Source: an uncultured Gammaproteobacteria bacterium (lineage in GTDB: Bacteria; Patescibacteriota; Patescibacteriia; UBA11705; JABHMO01). Taken from it: a stretch of DNA of 64,000 nucleotides. The notes below the pieces were generated by a model. It was not told where the DNA came from. It was given only the letters and a program-made list of their open reading frames with translations, and did not search any database. The stretch is from NCBI GenBank assembly GCA_964590105.1, contig CAZPYM010000001.1, forward strand, positions 366,172-430,171. The letters are read 5' to 3'. The stretch's first letter is position 1. Each line of letters begins with the position of its first letter. Below, piece by piece: positions 38,555 through 48,403 of the stretch. The translations under genes were made by a program, and so were the position numbers.

Positions 38555-39829
38555 TTACAGCCAGTCGGCTTCCTGCCGCACCAATAATTCTTCAGCCCGT
38601 TCCGGCTCACGCATCAGAGCCTTGACCAACCGCTCCATTCTGGCGCCTTGCGATCCCTTGACCAGGATTAGGTCTCCCGGCTTTATTATATCATTGATTT
38701 TTTCCGCCGCCATCTGTGAATTTTCAAACTCAATAATTTTGTCTCTCGTTAAACCGCCGGCTTCAGCACCCTCGGCTGTTTTCGTTCGATGCTTTCCAAC
38801 GCAAATAAGCAGGCTGACTCCGTCTTCCGCCGCCTTTTTCCCGAGCAGATAATGCGCCTCATCAGTATACTCACCAAGTTCCAGCATGTCACCCAGAATC
38901 GCCGCTTTCCGCGCCACTTGAGCAATATTTAATTTTTGCAAAGTTTCAATCGCCGCCTCAACCGCCCGCGGAGAAGAATTGTAAGTGTCGTCTATAATCA
39001 ATGTTTCCCTTCCTTGAATAAGATTCATGCGGCCTTTTGGCGCTTTGTAATTTTTCAATCCCTCGGAAATTTCTATCAAATTCATGCCAAGTCCGATACC
39101 GACCGCGGCCGCAATTAGAGCGGAATTAATCTGATGAGCGCCGACCACGCCCGGCAAAAAAACCGGCACCGCGCTGCCGCTGTAAACGATCTTAAACTTT
39201 ATTCCGGCCAGATCAAGTCCTGCGCCGTGATAAAGCATATCAATCGCCCGCACATTTGCCGCTTCATTATATCCAAAAAATATTACGCGCGCCTTTGTTC
39301 TCTTGTGCATTTCCATTACCAAAGGGTCGTCGCAATTTAGAACCGCCAGTTTGTCTTTTGACAAATGCGTTACTATTTTTTGTTTTTCGCGCGCAATGTT
39401 TTCAACTGTCTTAAATGCTTCCAAATGAGCCGGCCCAATTCTTGTTACTACGCTAATATCGCAGGGAAATAATTTAACCAGATATTCAATATCGCCAGGC
39501 TTGTCAGCTCCCATTTCCAAAACTAATAGTTCAGGATATTCCTTATCTTTAATTAATATCAATTTTAATGCCTGAAAGAACGCCAAACCCCACTTTATTG
39601 GCGATCGACCGCCGCTTTCAACGCCGATGACTGTCAGTGGAACGCCGATTTCGTTATTATAATTTTTTATATTTTTTCGAACATTGAATTTATTTTTTAA
39701 AACAGCAAAAATTGCTTCTTTGGCGGAAGTTTTTCCCATTGAGCCGGTAATGCCTATAATTTTCGGCTGATATTTTCGAATAATGGCCCGGGCAAATATT
39801 GCCAGTATTTTCTCTAAAAGCTGTTTCAT
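38555..39829 (-). CDS. murF: UDP-N-acetylmuramoyl-tripeptide--D-alanyl-D-alanine ligase
   Basis: The Mur ligase P-loop GITGSMGKTS and the domain pattern. Confidence 0.85.
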   Translation of the reverse strand: MKQLLEKILAIFARAIIRKYQPKIIGITGSMGKTSAKEAIFAVLKNKFNVRKNIKNYNNEIGVPLTVIGVESGGRSPIKWGLAFFQALKLILIKDKEYPELLVLEMGADKPGDIEYLVKLFPCDISVVTRIGPAHLEAFKTVENIAREKQKIVTHLSKDKLAVLNCDDPLVMEMHKRTKARVIFFGYNEAANVRAIDMLYHGAGLDLAGIKFKIVYSGSAVPVFLPGVVGAHQINSALIAAAVGIGLGMNLIEISEGLKNYKAPKGRMNLIQGRETLIIDDTYNSSPRAVEAAIETLQKLNIAQVARKAAILGDMLELGEYTDEAHYLLGKKAAEDGVSLLICVGKHRTKTAEGAEAGGLTRDKIIEFENSQMAAEKINDIIKPGDLILVKGSQGARMERLVKALMREPERAEELLVRQEADWL

Positions 39830-39885
39830 GTTTCGTAATTATAGCAATTCAGGGGTCAAAGGTCAAGAAATATATAAAATACTGC

Positions 39886-40015
39886 ACTAATATTACACAA
39901 ATATTACACCAATATTTGTTTTTAATATTCGTTCCAATATTTATTCAATATTTGTTCTAATATCTGTGCAATATTCGTTAAATATTTGTTCCAATATTCG
40001 TTCCAATATTTATCC
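39886..40015. repeat. tandem array of about 10 units of a ~12-bp AATATT-centred repeat (cc-AATATT-cGTT)
   Basis: Direct reading: ctAATATTacac aAATATTacac cAATATTtgtt ttAATATTcgtt ccAATATTtatt cAATATTtgtt ctAATATctgtg cAATATTcgtt aAATATTtgtt ccAATATTcgtt ccAATATTtatcc. Confidence 0.75.
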
Positions 40016-40024
40016 AACATCCCT

Positions 40025-41950
40025 TTACTTCACTTCCGGCGGTACTTCGTAATAGTCAAGAATAAATTTGGCAATCTTGCTGAAAATGGGCGCCGTAGAA
40101 TCAGCGGCAAAACTGACTGCGGATGGATTATCCAGCCTAATGACCATGGCAAATTTTGGTTTGTTAAACGGAACAAATCCGGCAAAAGTATGAATAGTTT
40201 TATCGCCATATCCACCTTTTTCCAAGTCAGGGACTTGCGCGGTTCCGGTTTTGCCGGCAACCAAATAGCCTTTAACCGCGGCTTTTTTCGCATGGCCGGA
40301 ATTAACAACAGATACCATCATACTACCTAAAAGTTTCGCAGTTTGCGCAGATATCACCTGACCCGATACAATCGGGCTAGTTTTCATTATTATTTTTCCC
40401 TCATTATCAATAATAGAATCCACGATATATGGTTTAACCAACTTTCCTTCATTAGCGATAGCGGCAAAGGCGCGCACCAGTTGTAACGACGTAACAGTAA
40501 TCCCCTGGCCAAAAGACGCGGTGGCTAAATAAATTTCATTCGAATCATTTAATGAACTTATATTGCCCTCGCTTTCATGGCACAAATCAAAATCTGTTTT
40601 TTTGCCGAAGCCAAAACCTTCCATATATCTTTTGAACTCGCTAAGCCCTACTTGGCGGGCGGCAAATACAGCACCGGTATTTAATGACTTTTCCAAAACC
40701 TGTGTCATGGTTTGCCAGCCATTGGCTTTTAAATCGGAATTTTTTATTGAATATCCTGAAATAATCAACTCGCCGGTATCTTGATAGCCGGTGAATGGAT
40801 CAACTTTGCCGGTGTCAAGCGCCGCCGCCATGGTGATCGGCTTCATTACTGAACCAGGCTCGTAACTGTTGCTGATGGCCAGATTATTAAAAATATTAAT
40901 TTCTTCCACCTTATTATATTCATTCGGATCATAATCAGGCGAAACACACATGGCAATAATGGCGCCGGTGCTTGTATCCATGGCAATAAGACTTCCATTC
41001 TCAGCGCCAAACTGAACAACATATTTGTTCAGTTGATCGCAAGCAAAATATTGCACGGATTTTTCAATGGTCAGCACCAGATCGTGACCATCTTCCGCCT
41101 TGCGAAAATCTCTGCCGGCGACCGCTATCCAGCGGCCAAAATTATCCAGCTCTGAACGCAAAAAACCAGAATCTCCAGCCAGATCCTTGTCATAACAGCC
41201 CTCTATACCATAATAACCTTTTAGCATGTTGTTTTCCGCTTGCTTGCCGACAAAACCAATCACCTGACTGCCGATGTTTTTTTCCGGATAATAACGACTT
41301 AATTCTTTGGTCCAGGATATGCCTTCTAAATTATATTGTTTTATTTTTTCTATTTGTTCCTCGCTAACCAAATGTTTCAGCGGTTCATAAGGATCATCTT
41401 TCTTGTTTAATTTAAGCAACCAATTTTCAATCAGCGCCGCGCCCTGCTCTTCGGATTCAATGGCAACGTTTTTTTCAACCTCATTTTCAGGCTCGCTTAC
41501 AATTTGATCTGCATTTTCTAAATCAACATTTTTCTTGTCATCTTTTTCATCCTTTACTTCAAACACTTCCTTCAAAACCTGCATTACCGCCGCTATGTCC
41601 TGAATGTCTTTTGGCACCGCATAGAGCAAATACATGCTTTTGTTAGTTGCCACAGGATACAACTGCTGTTCTCCGTCAACTGATTGACCTTTCGTGTCCT
41701 GTTCATAAATCGTGCCTCGATTTGGATATAGTTGCTTAAAAATTTCATGCTGCCCGGAAGCAATCGCCAGATAAGACGGATGTTCGATTATTTGCAACTT
41801 GACCAATCGGGATATTATCGCTAAACCAAAAAGCGCAAAAAAAATCATCAAAAGAGCCAGCCGGTAATCGCGCCTGTGCTGATGTGTCTGGCCATAAACG
41901 CCGGGATAAAATTTTTCTTTTCTTTTTTTCTTTATCAATATCGCAGTCAT
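40025..41950 (-). CDS. penicillin-binding protein 2 / FtsI-type peptidoglycan D,D-transpeptidase
   Basis: An N-terminal TM helix and dimerisation domain are followed by a transpeptidase domain (KTGTAQV KTG motif). Confidence 0.85.
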   Translation of the reverse strand: MTAILIKKKRKEKFYPGVYGQTHQHRRDYRLALLMIFFALFGLAIISRLVKLQIIEHPSYLAIASGQHEIFKQLYPNRGTIYEQDTKGQSVDGEQQLYPVATNKSMYLLYAVPKDIQDIAAVMQVLKEVFEVKDEKDDKKNVDLENADQIVSEPENEVEKNVAIESEEQGAALIENWLLKLNKKDDPYEPLKHLVSEEQIEKIKQYNLEGISWTKELSRYYPEKNIGSQVIGFVGKQAENNMLKGYYGIEGCYDKDLAGDSGFLRSELDNFGRWIAVAGRDFRKAEDGHDLVLTIEKSVQYFACDQLNKYVVQFGAENGSLIAMDTSTGAIIAMCVSPDYDPNEYNKVEEINIFNNLAISNSYEPGSVMKPITMAAALDTGKVDPFTGYQDTGELIISGYSIKNSDLKANGWQTMTQVLEKSLNTGAVFAARQVGLSEFKRYMEGFGFGKKTDFDLCHESEGNISSLNDSNEIYLATASFGQGITVTSLQLVRAFAAIANEGKLVKPYIVDSIIDNEGKIIMKTSPIVSGQVISAQTAKLLGSMMVSVVNSGHAKKAAVKGYLVAGKTGTAQVPDLEKGGYGDKTIHTFAGFVPFNKPKFAMVIRLDNPSAVSFAADSTAPIFSKIAKFILDYYEVPPEVK

Positions 41951-42031
41951 AATATACTTTCATTATACCAAAATCACTTGCGGAAAAAAAGCAGGCCGCT
42001 TTCCCGCCACCCGCTGAATATAAAACAAAAC

Positions 42032-42802
42032 TTAAGCTTTATTTTCTCTGTCCTTGCTGATATATTTTGTAAACCCTTCAACCGCGCGCAGAACCTCCAG
42101 AGGCAAAGCAAAGATAACTGTATTTGACTGGTCGGAACTCAAATCATTGATTGACTGCAAGGTTCTAAGGTGCAGAGCTCCGTCGGCGGAGGACAACATT
42201 TTCGCGGCTTTGGCCATGTTTTCCGCGGCCGCCACCTCTCCCTCGGCTTTAATAATCACCGCCCGGCGTTCGCGCTCCGCTTCCGCCTGCTTGGCAATGG
42301 TACGCTCCATATTCTCGGGCAATGACACATCTTTCAATTCAACATTTTCAACTTTGATTCCCCACGGATCAGTGGCCTTGTCCACAATAGTTTTAATTTT
42401 TTCAGAAATTTTTTCTCGCTGACTTAGAAGTTCATCCAGCTCAACCTCGCCGACCACGTTGCGCATAGTTGTCTGGGCCAACTGAGAAACCGCGTAAAAA
42501 AAGTTTTCAACTTCAAGAATGGCTTTTGAAGCGTCCGACACTTTGTAATAAATAACCGCGTTCACCCCGACTGAAATATTATCCTTGGTAATCGCCTTTT
42601 GGTCAGGCACGTCCACTGCTTTGACGCGCATGTCCACTTTAGTCATCCCCTGAAAAACCGGGAGAACAATGCGCCAGCCGGAATTTTTCACTCCGGTAAA
42701 TCGCCCCATGGTAAACATCACGCCGCGCTGATAAGCGTTTACCTGGCGCAGACTGATAATTATAATAAAAACTATCACTCCGATTACATAAAAAAGATCC
42801 AT
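42032..42802 (-). CDS. SPFH/band-7 (stomatin/prohibitin-like) membrane protein
   Basis: An N-terminal TM helix and an SPFH domain with a C-terminal AEAERE-type coiled coil. Confidence 0.85.
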   Translation of the reverse strand: MDLFYVIGVIVFIIIISLRQVNAYQRGVMFTMGRFTGVKNSGWRIVLPVFQGMTKVDMRVKAVDVPDQKAITKDNISVGVNAVIYYKVSDASKAILEVENFFYAVSQLAQTTMRNVVGEVELDELLSQREKISEKIKTIVDKATDPWGIKVENVELKDVSLPENMERTIAKQAEAERERRAVIIKAEGEVAAAENMAKAAKMLSSADGALHLRTLQSINDLSSDQSNTVIFALPLEVLRAVEGFTKYISKDRENKA

Positions 42803-42809
42803 AAATTTT

Positions 42810-43892
42810 TTAGTTATTATTTATTGTTCCTAATTCTTGTTTTAAATTTTCCAATTGTTTTTCCAATTCTGCAGGATCCATATTTTGTATTTGCTTTAAT
42901 TGATCTTCAATGCTGATTGTTTCATCTCCGGGGGCGTCAATTGAAGGCAAGGTTTTTTCAAGTTGCGGCAGAAAAATATCCGCCATGTTGAATTCGCGCA
43001 CATTTCCAGGTTTACTGATACTGACTTTATTATTAAAATCCGTTAATTCAAGAGCAATATCATAATGCAGAGCATCACTTCCTGCCTCAGCCTGAGTGGC
43101 GACTTCCAGCCGGCGCAAATACCAATCGTTTTGGCCGACCCAGACTTGTCCTTCCAGCTTGCTCCAGTCTTCCAAATTTTTTTCCAGCTCGCCAATCTCC
43201 AGTTCAGTCAGCTTTCTCTCTTCCATAATTTCAGCTGTTTCCTGAAAAAATTTCCTTACTTCGCTTTTATTAATTTTCACTTTGTAATGATGAACTGTTA
43301 TGTTGTCTAACATGTCAATACCATTATCAGAGATTACTTCAAAAAAATCTGTCTTAGCCACCAGCTTTTGGATTTTTTTCTTTTTGGCTTCATCAAGGCC
43401 TGATTTTTCATCTGCCCCAAGTTGATTGCCAAGACCAAACGCCCCAAAATCAAATTTATACCAATTATCTTTTAAATTAGACAAGTCAGCTGCTTTGACC
43501 TTTGGAACCTGCGTCAATCGAAAGTAAAGAGTAGCATCCTTATAAATAAGATCACCGAGAAACTCGAGTGACGTATCCTGAAGCTTATATTTTGCTGATC
43601 CAGCTAGTTGATACTGCAAATCCTTAGTTAAATCAATTGGTCCACTTAAATCTACAAGAATTGAGCCCGGCAACATCTTTGCTTCTTCAAAATTCAGGGT
43701 TGTCAATTGAGGAAACTGGCCAAAAGCTCCCAACTTCAAAGACAAATCAAATGTCTGCGCTTCGGCCATCGCGCTCATCATTTTTTGTAACACTTTTTCC
43801 GGCTTTGCCGCGCAAGCGCTCACAGCCAGCAAAATTATCGTTGCCATTAAAATTGTCCCCCCTAATTTGATTGATCGCTTCATAAACAGCAA
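42810..43892 (-). CDS. hypothetical lipoprotein
   Basis: Signal peptide with a lipobox (LLAVSAC). Confidence 0.5.
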   Translation of the reverse strand: MLFMKRSIKLGGTILMATIILLAVSACAAKPEKVLQKMMSAMAEAQTFDLSLKLGAFGQFPQLTTLNFEEAKMLPGSILVDLSGPIDLTKDLQYQLAGSAKYKLQDTSLEFLGDLIYKDATLYFRLTQVPKVKAADLSNLKDNWYKFDFGAFGLGNQLGADEKSGLDEAKKKKIQKLVAKTDFFEVISDNGIDMLDNITVHHYKVKINKSEVRKFFQETAEIMEERKLTELEIGELEKNLEDWSKLEGQVWVGQNDWYLRRLEVATQAEAGSDALHYDIALELTDFNNKVSISKPGNVREFNMADIFLPQLEKTLPSIDAPGDETISIEDQLKQIQNMDPAELEKQLENLKQELGTINNN

Positions 43893-43905
43893 ATTATTAA
43901 TTTAA

Positions 43906-44226
43906 TTATAAATCCAAACTGGCCTTGACCCAATCCTCCTGCAGGTCGTCCCATTTGAATATTTTTAAATTCTGAACAAACTCTGTGTCTGAATAATCAT
44001 ACTGCACCGCCATATCAGAACCGGCCCGCCTGGAATAAACGGTTTTTTTGTCCAGAACGCGCGGAGTCGTGGTTCTAACCATTTTAATTCTGCCAATCGG
44101 TGAACTGAAAATAACTGTTTCTATTTTACTTCTTTCAATTTCCAGATCTTCTGCTGTTGTTTGCTCTTCAATTGTAAATTTTTCTTTGACTTTAAGTAAA
44201 ATGTCCTGCCATTTGTCGTCATTCAT
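43906..44226 (-). CDS. hypothetical protein
   Basis: 106-aa ORF. Confidence 0.4.
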   Translation of the reverse strand: MNDDKWQDILLKVKEKFTIEEQTTAEDLEIERSKIETVIFSSPIGRIKMVRTTTPRVLDKKTVYSRRAGSDMAVQYDYSDTEFVQNLKIFKWDDLQEDWVKASLDL

Positions 44227-44400
44227 ATTTTCTAAAATTAAGTCGGCAATCGTGAGTAGAGATGCAAAGTCTTGCGTCCGTACTGTAAGTAGGGAGTAGG
44301 CTACCCTAATTTCAAATTTCTAGTTTCTGATTTCCAGTATACCAAAATCATCAAATTTAGCAAATTAAAAAAACGCCCTGCTGTGGCAGAGCATTTCTGT

Positions 44401-44778
44401 TCATTTTATTTTCTTTTTCTTCATCATTACCGTCGCAGCAGGCAAAACATCCTTTTCTAGCCGATGCAGCGCTCTTGAAGCGTCTCGGAAACCGCTGAAC
44501 CGAAAACGCTTGGCTACTTTTTTCACCAAAGTCATTTTATTGGAGGTTACACTTCTTGGTAAATTCTCAATATACTGACAAAGTTCAGCCGGATTCGGCC
44601 AAGAATCCAGCCAATGAGCCTTGGCCGCGCAGGCAACGATTGCGTCCGTATATTTCTGTTTCTGATCGCGTTCTTGTTTTTTCGGAACTTTCAAGAACTT
44701 TGCCACTTGCTTTCTGAAAACCATTAGCAGAACTGCAACCGACCCTGCGACAACGAGCAAAATCATTTCAGTGGGCAT
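44401..44778 (-). CDS. hypothetical protein with N-terminal TM helix
   Basis: 125-aa ORF. Confidence 0.4.
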   Translation of the reverse strand: MPTEMILLVVAGSVAVLLMVFRKQVAKFLKVPKKQERDQKQKYTDAIVACAAKAHWLDSWPNPAELCQYIENLPRSVTSNKMTLVKKVAKRFRFSGFRDASRALHRLEKDVLPAATVMMKKKKIK

Positions 44779-44779
44779 T

Positions 44780-45076
44780 TTAGCCTCCTCTTTTTTGCGA
44801 TAGTAAATGATTTAACTGACAACGATTATTAATCGGGCAAGCACAGTCATTTCCGCCAATTCCAAGCAGATCGCCGCAAAGTTCCAGGTCTACAGGATCA
44901 CAATACCTATCTGCGTGATGCGCAGGGCCACGGCCATGAGCGCAAAGCTGAAATAGCTGAACGATACGACGAATGGATCTTTGGTAAGGTACAATTTGCG
45001 TATTTGCGAACGATATGTGCAGAGCATCAACATCATATAAATCACTGCTGGCAATGTGCTCATGATTTCTTCCCAT
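44780..45076 (-). CDS. hypothetical Cys-rich protein (locally GC-richer)
   Basis: A 98-aa ORF of uncertain reality. Confidence 0.25.
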   Translation of the reverse strand: MGRNHEHIASSDLYDVDALHISFANTQIVPYQRSIRRIVQLFQLCAHGRGPAHHADRYCDPVDLELCGDLLGIGGNDCACPINNRCQLNHLLSQKRGG

Positions 45077-45158
45077 TTCCTTGATATTTTAATTTACATT
45101 AATATATACGTTTTGTCAACGATAACTTTTATTTGAAGCCCATTGTACGGACAGAGTA

Positions 45159-46325
45159 TTACTCCAATGTGCCCCTTATTTTTTCCATTAAACTAAGATA
45201 AAATTCCAGATTATTCAAAGACGCCAGGCGCTGTGCCAACGGGTCCTCGACGCTGAATATGTGACGAAGATATGCGCGGGAATAGTTTCGCAGTTCAGGA
45301 AATTTGCTGTCAGAATTAATTGGCGTTAAATCAAATTTAAATTCTTCATTTCGGATATTTATTGTTTTATAAAACTCGCGACTGTTTTCCAGCAGTTCAA
45401 GGAGATTTTTTCCGCCGCTGAAAAATTCAGGATTCCAATAAAACAACCGGCCATGGCGAGCTTCGCGAGTCGGGATGACACAGTCAAACATATCAATGCC
45501 ACGGCGAACAGCTTCAACAATCTGATGAGGATAGCCAACTCCCATTAAATAACGGGGTTTGTCTGCCGGCAATTTTTCACAAAGATAATCAAGAACTGAA
45601 CACATTTGTTGCTCAGTTTCCCCGACTGACAAACCGCCGACCGCATAGCCGTCAAAACCGATTTTTATTAAATCTGAAGCGCTTTTTTCGCGCAAATCTT
45701 GTTCCAGCCCTCCCTGCACTATTCCAAACAATAAAGGTTTATTTGGTTGATTGAGTTGATTAACTTGATTAACTTGGTTAACTGAGTTCATTCCATCAAA
45801 CTGCTTACGAAAAAAAGATTTACATCGCCGGGCCCAGGTCGTAGTTACTTCAACTGATTTTTCCAAATACTCGCGTTCAGCCGGCAATTTCACGCACTCG
45901 TCCAGCACCATCATGATATCAGAACCAATATTCATTTGAATCTCAATTGATTTTTCCGGCGACAAAAAATATTCCCGGCCGTCAATATGAGAATTAAAAG
46001 TAACGCCGTCAATTTTCAACCTGCGGATATGCGCCAAAGAAAAAACTTGAAACCCGCCGGAATCAGTCAGAATCGGCTTGTCCCAATCCATAAAACTGTG
46101 CAGGCCGCCAAGTTTTTTTATTTCTTCGGAACCTGGCCGCAACATCAGATGATAGGTATTTCCAAGGATAATATCAGGCCCGAGTAACCTAATTTCCTCT
46201 GCGCTAATAGTTTTGATCGCACCCTTGGTGGCTATCGGCATGAAGCAGGGAGTTCTGATTTCGCCTTTCCGCGTTTTTAAAATCCCAAGACGGGCTGATT
46301 TTTTATTGTTTTTCACTTCAAACAT
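45159..46325 (-). CDS. tgt: queuine tRNA-ribosyltransferase with an in-frame VNQ-repeat insertion
   Basis: TPCFMPIATKG..., DSGGFQ and the zinc subdomain are present. An insertion MNSVNQVNQVNQLNQPNK is encoded by TTGATT/TTAACT repeats at about 45725-45790. Confidence 0.9.
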   Translation of the reverse strand: MFEVKNNKKSARLGILKTRKGEIRTPCFMPIATKGAIKTISAEEIRLLGPDIILGNTYHLMLRPGSEEIKKLGGLHSFMDWDKPILTDSGGFQVFSLAHIRRLKIDGVTFNSHIDGREYFLSPEKSIEIQMNIGSDIMMVLDECVKLPAEREYLEKSVEVTTTWARRCKSFFRKQFDGMNSVNQVNQVNQLNQPNKPLLFGIVQGGLEQDLREKSASDLIKIGFDGYAVGGLSVGETEQQMCSVLDYLCEKLPADKPRYLMGVGYPHQIVEAVRRGIDMFDCVIPTREARHGRLFYWNPEFFSGGKNLLELLENSREFYKTINIRNEEFKFDLTPINSDSKFPELRNYSRAYLRHIFSVEDPLAQRLASLNNLEFYLSLMEKIRGTLE

Positions 46326-46466
46326 AATTTCTTTGTTATCTCAACTTCATGCCAATAGTACTATAGAATCAATCTTTTTTCAATATTAAAAACAGCCACC
46401 CTCCGGTAGCTCATTTTAATCCTGTTATCTAATTCGCGTCATTCGCGTGGCCTCATATTCGCGTTA

Positions 46467-46814
46467 CTATTTCCTCGCTACCACTTGTCCGACTGTGTCA
46501 TAATAAGTAATTTCATCAACCGGTTCCATTCCCAACTGTTCAATCTTTTGCGACAAATCTGTCATTGATCTCATGTCAACGGCCTGCAACTGTAATTTTT
46601 CATTCTCATATTGCACATCAGAAATTTGTTTTTCCAAATCTCTCATATAAAATCCCTTAGCCGAAATATAATTGACTTCAAAAAGATAAATGGCCACCGA
46701 AGCGACAATCACTGTCCCAAGAAAGAAAAACATTATTGGTTTTGAGAATTTACGCAGTTTCATTTTTGTATTGCCAATATTTTCCTGCTTAGTGGTGTGA
46801 AGATATTTTGTCAT
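46467..46814 (-). CDS. FtsL/DivIC-like cell-division protein
   Basis: A single TM helix plus a coiled coil, lying between rsmH and the rest of the dcw genes. Confidence 0.55.
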   Translation of the reverse strand: MTKYLHTTKQENIGNTKMKLRKFSKPIMFFFLGTVIVASVAIYLFEVNYISAKGFYMRDLEKQISDVQYENEKLQLQAVDMRSMTDLSQKIEQLGMEPVDEITYYDTVGQVVARK

Positions 46815-46822
46815 AAATATTA

Positions 46823-47767
46823 TTAAATTTTTTCCGCGACCCGCAGTTTCGCGGATCTAGAACGAAAGTTCTCCGCAATTTCTTCTAATGTTGGTATTAT
46901 TGGCTTTTTAGTTAATACTTTTATTTCCGCTTCGTGCTCGCAGCGGCAAACCGGAAGTTCAATCGGACAAATGCACCCTTTGCTTTTTTCTTTGAAAAAC
47001 TGCTTTACTATTTTATCTTCAAGTGAATGAAAAGAAATTACTCCTATCTTAGTGCCAGGACCTGCAATTTCAAAAATGTCTTGCAGAACTGACTTGATAT
47101 TGGCCAGCTCATGATTGACCTCCATTCTCAATGCCTGAAAAGTTTTTGTTGCCGGATGAATCCTCGTTTTCCGCGCCGGCACGCACTTTACCAGGATGCC
47201 GACCAGATCAAGCGTGGTTAAAATTTTTTGTTTCTGACGCCGAGCAACAATATTTCTAGCGATCCTCCCGGCAAATTGTTCTTCTGCGTTTTCTATGAGC
47301 AATTGTTTGATTTTTTCTTCCGGCCAGAGATTTATAATTTGTTCTGCTGTTAATTCATTTTCTTCCGTTGAATAGCGCATGTCTAGCGGTTCATTAACCT
47401 GGAAAGAAAATCCACGTCCTGAATCTTGCAACTGATCTGAAGATAAGCCAAGATCAAGAAGGACGCCGTGTATCGGAAAAAATTCTTTTTCATAAGCAAT
47501 TTGTTTTACTTCGATATATGACGCGTTGATTAATGTACAGCGATTCTTGAAGCGCGAAAGTCTTTGTTTCGCTGTTTTAACCGCTTGCGAATCCCAGTCA
47601 ATTCCGAGCAACTTACCCGATGGGCCGGTTAGCTCAAGTATTGCTTCCGCGTGCCCACCGCCACCAAGCGTACAGTCGATAAAATTCTGATCTTTTTGCG
47701 GGTTTAAAAATCTGAGCACTTCACGGATTAGAACTGGCTTGTGTTGCGTCATGACGTCTTTTACCAA
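46823..47767 (-). CDS. rsmH: 16S rRNA (cytosine1402-N4)-methyltransferase
   Basis: HKPVL, DCTLGGGGH and its position downstream of mraZ. Confidence 0.9.
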   Translation of the reverse strand: MVKDVMTQHKPVLIREVLRFLNPQKDQNFIDCTLGGGGHAEAILELTGPSGKLLGIDWDSQAVKTAKQRLSRFKNRCTLINASYIEVKQIAYEKEFFPIHGVLLDLGLSSDQLQDSGRGFSFQVNEPLDMRYSTEENELTAEQIINLWPEEKIKQLLIENAEEQFAGRIARNIVARRQKQKILTTLDLVGILVKCVPARKTRIHPATKTFQALRMEVNHELANIKSVLQDIFEIAGPGTKIGVISFHSLEDKIVKQFFKEKSKGCICPIELPVCRCEHEAEIKVLTKKPIIPTLEEIAENFRSRSAKLRVAEKI

Positions 47768-47886
47768 ATAAAGATTAGTTCTAGAACTCTTAATAAATGT
47801 TTGAACATATTTTTGTTTTTATTTTTCTATTTATATTTACATTTGTAATTGCCGCTTTATTGTAATTTGCTTGTGATTTGTGATTT

Positions 47887-48318
47887 TTATATTCCCAGTT
47901 CCCCCAATTGCTCGGCAATTTCGTTACCATCTTTTTCAGTTTTATTTTTATATAAATTCCATTTGTCTTCATCCCAAATTTCCAATCGATTGAATAACCC
48001 GGCAATGACAACTCTTTTTTTAATACTTGAATACTCTCGTAAATAATCAGGCAGCATTATCCGGCCCTGCGAATCCAGTTTTACATCCATGGCTCCGGCC
48101 AACATAAGTCTGGAAAAAGCCCGGCTATTGGCCTGGCTTGTTGGTAAAGACGCTAATTTTTTGGCGTAAACCGTCCACTCTGTTTTTGTATATACAAAAA
48201 GGCAGTTATCAAGCCCGCGGGTAACAACGCTGCCGGATTTTAAAGCGCTCCTAAACTTGGCCGGAATAGCTAACCGACCCTTGTCATCCACTGAATAATT
48301 GTATTGTCCGATAAACAT
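47887..48318 (-). CDS. mraZ: transcriptional regulator MraZ
   Basis: Duplicated DxxxR motifs (VDDKGRLAIPAKFR, LDSQGRIMLP). Confidence 0.9.
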   Translation of the reverse strand: MFIGQYNYSVDDKGRLAIPAKFRSALKSGSVVTRGLDNCLFVYTKTEWTVYAKKLASLPTSQANSRAFSRLMLAGAMDVKLDSQGRIMLPDYLREYSSIKKRVVIAGLFNRLEIWDEDKWNLYKNKTEKDGNEIAEQLGELGI

Positions 48319-48403
48319 AGGGTACGGATGTACAGATTGAAGCTATTAATTTTCAGTAGCGAATCTGTATGTCTATAAGATAACAAAAGAAAAGCGTTAA
48401 GAA

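Noticed and set aside
39886-40015. CRISPR array
   Set aside because: The repeats are about 12 bp, directly abutting with no unique spacers, and no cas genes are present. This is a simple tandem repeat.
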